The notes beneath the pieces are model-generated. The model saw only the letters and a list, made by a program, of their open reading frames with translations. It did no database searches and was not told the origin of the DNA. The translations under genes and the position numbers were made by a program. From Azolla caroliniana (Eukaryota > Plantae > Polypodiophyta), in assembly GCA_043228905.1 (NCBI GenBank), contig JBHGNT010000022.1, positions 8,618,001 to 8,682,000 on the forward strand: a stretch of 64,000 bases of DNA, read 5' to 3'. How positions within the stretch are numbered: the stretch's first letter is position 1; each line of letters begins with the position of its first letter. This document shows positions 54,035 through 64,000 of the stretch, piece after piece.

Positions 54035-57000
54035 TGTTGAGAATCAAGCTCAACTTGGTCTAGTGTGTGAACTCACCTTGAGAGTGAAGAGACACCTCAA
54101 CGGTCAAGAGTCACCATTATGTCACCACTTTGTATTCTAGCATTTAGTATGAGTCATAGAATCATATTCTATGACACATAACTTATGAGCTTTCACATTC
54201 CCCATGCTCCATGAGCCTAGTAGTTAATGAAGAGAGAGGGTGACTACATAAAGCACCCTCCTCCCACCTTGTAAAATGTTGGGTCTTTCTCCTTTGCTAA
54301 TAGAACTTTATCTTGCGTATTCTTTGTGTATTACTCCTTGTCTCTCTCATTCTCTCTCTCTCTCTCTCTCATACACACACAGTTCACACCTATTTCCGCT
54401 TCACAAGAATCCATCTCTTGATTTTTTACATGGTATTAGAGCAATTTGGTAGCTCGATCTAGCCCATTCGCCTCATCGTGATCATGTGTTGTGCTCTACG
54501 CCGACGACCAAGAACCGGCTCATAGCTATCATAGCTTTGCTACATAGCTCGCATTCGAAGAGAGAAGAAGAAGAAGAAGAATCGATATAATGAATACTCA
54601 AATGGGGAGTGCTCTCCCTACCGAGAAGTTGGATCGAAACAACTTCGCATCTTGGGAGTACAAGATGCACCAATACCTTGTCGGACAAGGCTATTGGAGC
54701 TACATCAAAGGAGCGCATGAAGACCGACCCGCCGAAGTGGCTCACGGATACGCAACATGGGAGCAAGCCGCAAGCCGTGTGATGTATTGCTTGGCTACAT
54801 GTGTTCATGATCACATGCTCGGTTACATTCGAGAAGCCAAGACGCCGAAGGAAGCATGGGAAAATCTACGAAAGATTTTCGCCGCCAACACGACCGCGAG
54901 GAAGCTTCAACTCCGCCAAGAGTTGAACAACATTCAACAAAGGGACATGTCCATCACGACATACACCTTGAAGATCAAGGAGCTTTGCGACTCGCTCGGC
55001 TCAATAAGCATAAGTATAGATGATGATGAGATGGTGCAAATATGCCTCGGCGGCCTCGCACCACGGTTCGGCGCGATGAGAACCGCCGTTCTAGCACGGG
55101 AGAAATCTCCCTCCTTCTTCGAGCTCCAATCAATGCTATTGGTCGAAGAAAACCATGTGCGTACAAGGAGCTATGAGTCGGAAGGCCACATGCTCTACAC
55201 GCACTCTAATGGAGGAAGAGGACGTGGACGGGCGAGAGGCCGATTCGGCCATGGACAAGGCAGACGAGGTCCGACCTACGACAACAACTCCCAATTTCGG
55301 CCGCAAAACGGAGGCCAAGGAGAAACCTTCGCAAGAAGGGGGAGCTTCCGCTTTGGCCTGAGCCGTCAAAACGCAACCCAATGCGAATATTGCGGAAAGC
55401 TCGGCCACCACGAAGAAGAGTGCCGAAAGAAGATGCGTGAATCGGCTTCCACAAGCCGACAACTCACGAATTACGCGCACAATTCCGACTACGAAGAGTA
55501 TAGCGGAATGTATGGGCACAACTCCGACTACGAGGATCATGGCGGAATGTACGCATACAACTCTGACCGTGGCGGAATGTTCATGATGAAACATAGAGCA
55601 AACTCTATGTCGGCCTCTACCTCAACTAGTGCCCTCAATCCGGAGGACGTATGGTTTGTTGACTCCGGAGCCTCAAACCATATGACATCCCACAAAGAAT
55701 GGTTTCTCGAACTTCGAGAGCCGGAGCGACGTGGTTATGTCGAAACTGGAGATGACACTACGCACCTGATTAGGCACATCGGCAATGTTCTATTCGGCGA
55801 AAGAGGTAAGCAAACATATATGAAAAATGTCTTGCATGTTCCCACCATCACAAAGAATTTGGTCTCGGTCGGCCAAATGGTTGAGCAAGGGATGCAAGTA
55901 CGATTTGACCAAGAAGGGTGCTTCATCGAAAAAGAAGGCCGAATCATCGCACGCGGAAGAAGAGAGGGCCGGATGTTCATTCTCGATTCGCATGAGATGA
56001 AATCTGCCATGTTCGCGAAAAGCACGAAAGCCGACTCCGACATAGACCTATGGCATAAGCGAATCGGCCACATCAATCTCAACAAACTCAAAGCAATGAA
56101 ATCGAAAGGAGTTGTCATCGGACTCCCGACATTCAGAGAGACGGAGATTGAAGGTGTATGCGAAGCGTGCCAATTCGGCAAGCAACACCGACACCCATTT
56201 CCGAAAGAGTGAAATGTGAGCAAAGGCGTACTCCACGTAATTCATTCCGATGTATGGGGTCCGGCCCAAATGACGACATTCAGCGGATGCTGATATTACG
56301 TGCTATTCATCGACGACTTTTCGAGGCACACTTGGATCTACCCGATGCGGCAAAAGAGCGAAGTGTTCGGACACTTCCAAAATTTCAAGAATGAAGTCGA
56401 GAAAGCCACGGGCTGGCATGTACGATGCCTTCGATCGAATGGCGGCAAGGAGTACTTCTCGGACGATTTCACGACGTATCTCCGAAAGGAAGGAATTCGG
56501 CGAGAATTCACTTGCCGACACACTCCGCAATAAAACGGAGTAGCCGAGCGCAAAAATTGGCACATCCTCGAAGTAGCACGGGCCATGATGAACGAGAAGC
56601 ATATGCCCAAGTCATATTGGGCCAAAGTGGCAAATACGGCCGTCTACCTAATGAACCGGTGCACAACATCCGGCGTGCACGAGGTCACTCCGCACGAAAG
56701 ATTCTTCGGAAAGAAGCCGAACTTATCACATATCCGGATATTCGGTGCGATAGTGTACGTGCACATCCCCGACGAGAAGCGTCAAAAACTTGACCCGAAG
56801 TCGGAGAAATGTATCCTCGTAGGATACTCACTGGAACAAAAGGGGTACAAGTGCTACAACCTCTCAACTCGAAAATCACGGGTAAGTCGAGACGTTGTCT
56901 TTGACTAGTCCGCATCCTGGTACGCTGTCGTGAAGATCTGTCACTACGCGCGGATCGTGAGGCGGAACCGCCGGGGTTCTGGACCGGAAGGATTCAAAGT

Positions 57001-57387
57001 CGGTACAAGCTTTGGCGTAAGCTTTAGCGAGAAAGTACTTAAGATAGATTGGGAAAGAGAGAAGTTGAGATTAAACGATCGAGAGAGATTGATTGAACTT
57101 TTAACTTTAGATTTAAGAAACAAGTTACACGATCAATTTGATAACGAATTTCTTCTTCTTAATTTCATAACAAAAAAAACCGTCCTTTTTCTCCTCCCCC
57201 TTCCTTCTTTTATAGATGCTCTCATGCATATGATGCATGTGAGGGTACAAGACATGCATAAATTGCATGTTTGCCATTTGGTGCTTATGTATTACATGTG
57301 GTGCGTGATAACCATGACACTCATTTTAGCTCTCATGTATGAGAATTTATATGTAAAAGTACAATGATAGAAATATAATTTCAACTA

Positions 57388-57460
57388 AATAGCATGGTGT
57401 AATGGTAAGCCAATTGACTCCTAACTTGGAGGTGCAAGGTACAAATCCTTACTTTCCCTC
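57388..57460 (+). promoter_or_regulatory. tRNA-like Pol III A/B-box cassette in LTR
   Basis: TGGTGTAATGG at 57395 and GGTACAAATCC at 57438, with T-stem AAGG/CCTT. Confidence 0.65.
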
Positions 57461-57504
57461 CTTGTATATGTAAATATTATATATTTATATATTTATTTAT
57501 CTAG

Positions 57505-57800
57505 ACGTCGGTTCGTCGGATGCCGTCGGTTACCGGTGCCTTGTCGGATGCCGTCGTCGGTTGCCGCCGGATACCCGTGCCGTCGTCGAATGTCGTCGGT
57601 TACCGGTGCGTCGCCGGATGCCGTCGGTTACCGGTGCCTTGTCGGATGCCATCGTCGGTTGCCGCCGAATACCCGTGCTGTCGTCGAATGTCGTCGGTTA
57701 CCGGTGCGTCGCCGGATGCCGTCGTCTCACCGGCGCCGGATACCGGTTTGCCGTCGGATGCTGCCGGATCACCGACTCCATCGCTGGTCCGGTTTTGGTT
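57505..57800. repeat. CpG-dense array with an approximately 98-bp duplication inside the LTR
   Basis: CGGATGCCGTCGGTTACCGGTGCC begins at 57517 and 57615. Confidence 0.85.
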
Positions 57801-59681
57801 GGCCAAAACCCTTTACGAGTAGCTAGCCCACCTCCACTCTTAGTTCAAGTTACCTTGAACTCTCTATGCTCCACACATAGACACAAAGATAATATCTTTT
57901 GCTCTACCTTATATATAATGAGAGCCGTATTTGTCGTGCCTATGTGGGATATCTCACAATTTTCTCTTTTCCTTTCACAAACTTTATACCCTCATATCTT
58001 GACATTTAGTTGTCCGTTTCTCGTGTAATAAAGTGCATTCGAAACCTCCATCATTTTGTACTTAGATATTAAATTTATTTAAAATGTTATCTTCATAATT
58101 ATTGTATTATGTGATTCATACTCGATTTCGTACGTTTTATGGGATTTTCACACTATTGCCGAAAATCTTCACGACAACGCACCAGAGACAACTCCAACTC
58201 CGACTCCGCTCGACCCGGAATCTGCCGATCAAGAGATTGGGGATGAAGATTGCCCTACGCGCATGATTGAAGAAAGTCCGACCACGACCCGACTGAGCGG
58301 ACCACAAGAGCCTTTGAGCGATCAAAGCACATTACGGCCTAGCCCGAAGATGGACAAAGGCAAGGCGAAAATGGCGGAATATGAAGAAGATCGCTTCGAC
58401 GACGATGAATCGACTCACTCACTCGACAGTGAATTCGGCGGTTTCGAGGTACCAATCGGAGCAAAGAAAGCCCTCATCTCTACAAATGAAAAGCTCCGCG
58501 GATCCACTCATGAAAAGAACCCCGTAAGCCGATTCGGCTACAACGATTATATGGTATACCATTACGCCTTTATGATGAAGGTAGCGACAGTACGGGAGCC
58601 AAAAACCTTTTCGAAAGCCGCGAAGGACCCGCGATGGATCGAAGCAATGAACGAAGAGATGCAGGCACTACGGAAGAACGAGACATGGGATCTCGTTCCC
58701 ACCTCACCGCACAAAAAGGCGATCGGATGCAGATGGATCTACAAAGTGAAGTACAATGCGGACGGTTCCGTCAACCACTACAAAGCTCGACTCGTAGCGA
58801 AAGGATACGCTCAGACACATGGCGTTGACTACGAAGAAACCTTTGCCCCGGTGGCAAAGATGACGACGGTGCGGACCGTAATTGCGATTGCCGCGGCGAA
58901 AGGGTGGCACCTCCATCAAACGGACGTCAAGAACGCCATTCTACAAGGCGAATTAGAAGAGGAGGTGTACATGATCCAACCACCCGGCTTCAACTCGAGA
59001 ACTCATCCAAAAGCCGTATGCTGACTCAAGAAGCCACTCTACGGCCTCAAGCAAGCACCACGTTGTCGTGCCTTTCGGCTCCGGATCGTTTGCATGAGTC
59101 GGGTGGGAACCACCGGGGTTTTGGACTAGGAGAAAGAAGAATATGAGATGAGGCTAGTAATGAATAGATTATTAGAAAGAGAGATAGAAATTTCGTGAAT
59201 CCCACGAGTGTATTGTATTCGATTAATCAATATTTAGATAAGAATATGTATTTAGATTGAAAGAAAGATATAAGAAACTTGTGAATCCCACAAGTATAGA
59301 TTATATTATTTTCGTGAATCCCACGATTATATTAATCGGTTGGTGTTTTCGGAAATATATCCAATTTCCAAATATTTCACACACACATTACATTGTGCTC
59401 CCCATCCTTATGTAGTGATGGGAGAGACTAAGCATAGCTACATGCTTTTTTTCTAATATGTTCATGCACACTAAATGTGCATGTGATGCTTTTCTAATCC
59501 TTGCTTTTATTTGCTAAATATAGTGCTCATGCACGCTAGATGTGCATGAGTCACTTTTTAGTTGCTTGCGTTTTTCTATAAAATATTCACGCACTCTAAA
59601 AAATGCATGATTTACCTTTTTAATAAAGGTAGGCGCAAATAAAGCACTTATAGTTATTAAATCTATTTATAGAACACTAAA

Positions 59682-59755
59682 GATCAGGTAGCATAATGGT
59701 AAAGTTGAGGTTTGGCTACGTGGAGGTACAAGGTTCAAATCTTGCCCTATGCACG
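59682..59755 (+). promoter_or_regulatory. tRNA-like Pol III A/B-box cassette in LTR
   Basis: TAGCATAATGG at 59689 and GGTTCAAATCT at 59732. Confidence 0.65.
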
Positions 59756-59807
59756 TGATAAATATCTTGATATTCTTATTTTATTTATTTATATGTAATT
59801 AAATCGG

Positions 59808-61241
59808 TTATATTATTTTTACTTTTTCACGTAGTGTACGAAATACACTACGACACTCGCCCCCTCCGAACCCGTACATCCTCCGGTATGTGCCGAAGTT
59901 GCCGATGCTCGTTGTCTCCCCTTCATCCTCCGTTTGTCCCGCTATGTCAACTTTGTCTCTCCATTTTGAGTAGACCCATTCTTTCCACCCGAACCATTGT
60001 TGCCATCCGATCCACCATATTCTTTGTTCTCTCTCGTCATATTCTTGGCCCTTGTCATTCGTGGTAGTGTCTTTTACTGGCCTCTTTCTTGTCTTCATCA
60101 ACCTTGACTTTTTTCCGGATCGCTCTCGTCCGATCGACTTTCGGTTTGATCGGCTTCCGATCGGATTCGTATTCGGCCGAATCGGAATCGGTTGTTCGGT
60201 TTCGATTGAGTCGGTCTCCTTCCAGCCCGGTTTCGATCTATCGGTTTTGGTTTCGGTTGGCTTTCTTTTTCTCGTTTTCACCAGCCTCGACCGGTCCAAC
60301 CTCCGGTTGAGTCGGATTAGCTTCTTTTCGGATCGGTTTCGTCCGATCGGCTTTCGGCTAGGTCGGCTTCCATCCATATTCGCGTTCGGCCAAGTCAGAC
60401 TCAGTCGATCGGTTTTGACCGAGTCGACCCCTTTTCGGGTCGGCTTTCTTTCGGGTCGTCTTTCGGCCGAATCCTCATTCGCCCGGTTCGGCTTTCGTTT
60501 GTGTCGTCTTTCGGCCGAATTCTCTTCCTTTCGGTTCGGCTTTCTTTCGGGTCGACTTTTGGTCGAATCCTCTTTTACCCGGTTCGGCTTTCTTTCGGAT
60601 CGGAATCCCGTCCGGATCACCTTCCATCCAAACCGGCTTCCGACTTTACCTTTCTTGCTGCCACCTCCCGTCTCTCCGGTCTCACGTTGCTTCTCAGACA
60701 CAACCGCCGAAGTCTCTAGAATTAGTGGGTAGGAATCCTCGGTATTATCATCCTCCATTATTTCACCCATAGCCATATTCTCGGCTATCTCTCCGTCGTA
60801 TGCATCGACTTCGACCTTTGTTTTCTCTCCGCCACCTTCCGTCTCTTCGGTCTCACGTTGCCTTTCGAACGCAACCGCCGGAGTCTCTCGAATCAGTGGT
60901 GGGGAAGTCTCGATATGGCCATCCGTCGTTGATTCGTCCATAGCCACCTTCGATTCGATGTCATCTTTTGTGGTGACCTCCTCAATCAAGTCCTCTTTGC
61001 TCTCTTTCACTGCATCAATTATGCAAACATCAATTATGCTTACCCCTTTTTCACCCGATGTTTCGGACACTTGTATTCCGAAATCTTCTTCTACACTTGG
61101 GTTATCGGCCTTATCCTTCACCGTCGTTCTTTCGCAAGACAAGAGGGTAGCTTGTTTTACACCCTCTTCCGTCACACCATCATGTTGTATTTCGGCCTTC
61201 ATATCGGCTCCATCGTTTGTCTTCAATCGACCATCCTTCAT
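59808..61241 (-). CDS. Retroelement-encoded low-complexity ORF (acidic half, RKPNR repeats, Trp-rich motif); N-terminus probably cut by an insertion
   Basis: 477 open codons running through the PPT into the LTR, with no pol motifs. Confidence 0.5.
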   Translation of the reverse strand: MKDGRLKTNDGADMKAEIQHDGVTEEGVKQATLLSCERTTVKDKADNPSVEEDFGIQVSETSGEKGVSIIDVCIIDAVKESKEDLIEEVTTKDDIESKVAMDESTTDGHIETSPPLIRETPAVAFERQRETEETEGGGEKTKVEVDAYDGEIAENMAMGEIMEDDNTEDSYPLILETSAVVSEKQRETGETGGGSKKGKVGSRFGWKVIRTGFRSERKPNRVKEDSTKSRPERKPNRKEENSAERRHKRKPNRANEDSAERRPERKPTRKGVDSVKTDRLSLTWPNANMDGSRPSRKPIGRNRSEKKLIRLNRRLDRSRLVKTRKRKPTETKTDRSKPGWKETDSIETEQPIPIRPNTNPIGSRSNRKSIGRERSGKKSRLMKTRKRPVKDTTTNDKGQEYDEREQRIWWIGWQQWFGWKEWVYSKWRDKVDIAGQTEDEGETTSIGNFGTYRRMYGFGGGECRSVFRTLREKVKII

Positions 61242-61244
61242 CGG

Positions 61245-64000
61245 TGTCAGGAATCAGTAGTAAGACGGAGACGGAATTAGTACTAAACGAAGGATTAGTA
61301 CTACAGAGAAGGGATTAGTACTAAACGAAGGATTAGTACTATGAGGGGTGTAGAACTTCTTGAGAGAGAAGGAAGAAGTGAGCGAGACAGAGAGACAGAG
61401 AGAGAGAGAGAGAGAGAGTAATGATGAGAGAAATATATGTATTACGTGAAGAGAATGTACAACTGTGGCTAGAAGGCTTAAGACTGGCGTTGAACCAATT
61501 TGGTTCAACATAACGCCTAGTGCCCTCTTTTATAGTATTTCTAAGAGTAATCCTGAAGCTTCTAGAATGTTCCAGAGAAATCTGGAATATACATCAATTT
61601 CTAAAATAAAACATAAATGAAAATAATATCCTACAACTTATAATGTATAGTCTAATGGTAAGACCTCGACCCATGTAGCATAAGGTCATGGGTTCGAGTC
61701 TTGCCATGACACTATCCCCCCCTTAAAAACGACGAGTGTCACGAGTCGTTTTGGATTGAGGACCCGGTTTGTGTGGATATCGACGATGGAAGTCTTCGAG
61801 AAGAGCACGAGCATTGGTCACATTCTCGATCGGCTCCCAAGTACGCTCGCTGGGACTATATCCTAGCCAATCGACTAGATAGTAGAGCTTGTTGCGAGTA
61901 ATCTTGGAATCAAGGATGGCGGCAACCTCGTACTCAGGTCCATCTTCAAGCTCGATCGGGGGTGGAGGTGGTGGAATACGGCCTGGAATGGTGCTTTCGC
62001 GATAGGGTTCGAGGAGAGAACTATGGAACACCGGATGAATCCGAAGGTGCGGAGGGAGTTCGAGCCGAAAAGCAACATCATTAATCTTCCCGATAATACG
62101 GAAAGGACCTAACCGCCGATAGTCCAACTTCTCACATGGGCGAGTAGTCTTGACGTGTCGTCGAAGCAGCCATACCCGATCGCCAATGTCAAAACTGGAT
62201 GGAAGTCGATGACGATCCGTATAAACCTTGTGTGCTTGTTGAGCTTGCTGGAGCTGAGTAGATAGATCCGCTTGTATCTTGTGTAATCGCTCCAAACGAT
62301 CCTCTGCGCAAGGATTCGTGGGCAATTCTGGGGTTTCAACTACACACCATCGGGGATGACAACCTGTGTAAGCATAAAATGGGGTAACCTTTGTTGAGGA
62401 GTGGACGGAGTTGTTATATGCAAACTCGGCGAAATGGAGAATATCTGCCCAATCATCTTGATGGTAACTTAGAAAACACCGAAGATACTGCTCCAACGTT
62501 TGATTTGTTCGTTCTGCCTGGCCGTCTGTTTGCGGGTGGTAGCCGGAGGAAAGGTTACAAGTCACTTGAAGCATTTTAAAGAAGTGCTTCCAAAACTTCG
62601 AAACGAATTGGGGTCCACGATCGCTGATGATGCTATCAGGGAGGCCGTGATGCCGACATACTTCGCGCATAACAATCTCGGCGGTTCCTTCACTGGATAT
62701 TTCTTTAGTACATGGTAGGAAATGAGCCATCTTCGTATAGCGATCTACGACTGTTAAGATCGCATCGAATCCCTTAGACATCGGGAGGTCCGTGATGAAA
62801 TCTAGAGCAATGGATTGCCACGGCTTACTCGGAATTGGTAATGGTTCTAACAAACCATATGGATGATGCCTTGGCATTTTTGCCCTGCAACATGTATCAC
62901 AAGTCCGAACAAAATCTTCGACAAATTGTCGCATGTGGGGCCACCAGAATGAGCGTTGTACTAAATCTAATGTTTTAGTACTACCAAAATGCCCAGCAGT
63001 ATATGTATCATGACAGCTTTGGACTACTTGAAGGCGACCAGTACCATTAGGAACATACAAGAGTGTCTTAAAAAATAGTAATCCATCATGGTATTGGAAT
63101 TGCCGATAATCCGTACCTGGTTGTTGCGATTCCGAACAAGATGCTTGAGAGGGATCGATTTGTTTTAGAATGGCTTGGGCGAATGCATCCGTCTTCAAGT
63201 CCTCCCGTATGGTATCGATAACGCGAGAATCCATGGGCATGTCGAAGATCTGTGCTGCTTGTAGTCGTGCCGGTCCCAAGATGACTTGCTTTTGGTTATC
63301 GAAGGCTGGCTCGCCGGGACGCGGTGCTAGATATGAACGTCGTGATAATGCATCCGCCTTCCCTTGGTGCTTCCCCGGTCGATAAGTAATTTTGAAGTCG
63401 AAACGTGTGAGGAAGTGGGCCCACCGGGCTTGACGTCGATTCAGCACACGAGCATCCTGAAAGTAGGCAAGGTTCTTGTGGTCACTGAATACAGTGACTG
63501 GGTGAGGGGATCCCTCTAGGAAATGCCTCCATTGCATAAATGAATCCACTATTGCCAAGAGTTCCTTATCATGTATCTCGTAGTTGATTTCGGCGGCGTC
63601 AAACTTTCGTGAATGAAAAGCCACAGGATGTAGCTTCTCGTCATTACCATGTTGTGACAGAATGCTCCCCAATGCGAAATCCGATGCGTCAGCTTCGATA
63701 ATGAATGGTTTTTCTGGATCGACATGACCCAGAATTGGAGCTGATGTAAACGCCTTTTTCAGATTCTCGAAAGCCAAGTCTGTTTCTTCAGACCAAATGA
63801 ACGCTTGCCCCTTTCTGGTAAGCTGTGTGAGAGGCAGAACGATCCTTGAGTAATCTTGTATGAACTTCCGGTAAAAATTGGCAAAGCCTAGAAAACACTG
63901 CACATCCCGCACCGAACGCGGAGTCTGCCAATCCACCACCGTTTTGACTTTAGCTGGGTCCATGGAGATGCCTTCTGAGGAGATGACATAGCCGAGAAAT
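61245..64000 (-). mobile_element. Tcn1-like chromovirus 3' half with an intact RT-RNase H-IN-chromodomain frame and 3' LTR
   Basis: ORF of at least 746 aa ending at 61723, with EADASDF, SIALDFIT, SDRGPQF, GPF and EYEVAAILDS...YLVDWLGY...TWEP. PPT GGGGGGGATAG at 61722-61712 and LTR 61245-61711. Confidence 0.97.
61641..61711 (+). promoter_or_regulatory. tRNA-shaped Pol III cassette forming the LTR terminus
   Basis: A box TAGTCTAATGG at 61648, D-stem GTCT/AGAC, variable loop AGGTC and B box GGTTCGAGTC at 61691. Confidence 0.75.

Larger units (their letters stand above)
56926..58176 (-). mobile_element. Solo LTR (TGTCG group), 1251 bp
   Basis: Perfect 12-bp terminal IR TGTCGTGAAGAT and a 4-bp TSD ACGC. 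Removing it restores the copia frame WYAPET. Minus-strand CTATAAAAG at 57215-57207. Confidence 0.9.
54035..59063 (+). mobile_element. Ty1/copia element (5' LTR, PBS, gag-PR-IN-RT), interrupted twice
   Basis: LTR 54035-54430 and PBS TGGTATTAGAGC. ORF 54590-56212 has CEYCGKLGHHEEEC and WFVDSGASNHM; RT lies at 58263-59063. Confidence 0.95.
59064..61244 (-). mobile_element. 3' end of a TGTCG-group element: 3' LTR 59064-59855, PPT and internal low-complexity ORF
   Basis: TGTCG...CGACA ends, PPT GGAGGGGGCGAG at 59867-59856, and left flank ACGT. The LTR end resembles those at 2270 and 56926 (GGAACC...CGGGGTT.TGGAC). Confidence 0.85.

Noticed and set aside
56926-58176. MITE or DNA transposon interpretation based on the 12-bp TIR
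   Set aside because: The related sequence at 59064-59855 abuts a PPT and has TG...CA ends and a TATA-like box, so a solo LTR fits better.
61641-61711. Functional tRNA gene (also considered at 2733, 57388 and 59682)
   Set aside because: The acceptor stems, and most anticodon stems, do not pair and no anticodon can be assigned. These were treated as promoter-like cassettes.

Overview
Eukaryotic plant nuclear DNA. It is probably from a non-seed land plant such as a fern or lycophyte, inferred from Tcn1-type chromoviruses, tRNA-Trp-primed gypsy elements and a Sola-like transposase. The window is dominated by nested, mostly decayed transposons. Only two host genes look intact, both on the minus strand: a two-exon clan-71 cytochrome P450 (18879-17011) and a single-exon PLP-dependent, Moco-sulfurase-like gene (34188-31672). 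Highlights: (1) tRNA-shaped RNA polymerase III A-box/B-box cassettes with identical 43-nt spacing lie antisense in the U3 of LTRs from two otherwise dissimilar families. (2) A TGTCG...CGACA gypsy group has RCGY at all six visible junctions, with 4-bp target duplications where both ends are visible. (3) That group has a G_GAU_UUU slippery site plus a stem/pseudoknot between protease and RT. (4) A Pack-TIR element carrying an Exo70 G/I-clade fragment is nested in a solo LTR. (5) An intron-containing Sola2-like DDD transposase abuts a nested retrotransposon stack six elements deep. Everything was read by eye, with no database searches, so family names are motif-based.
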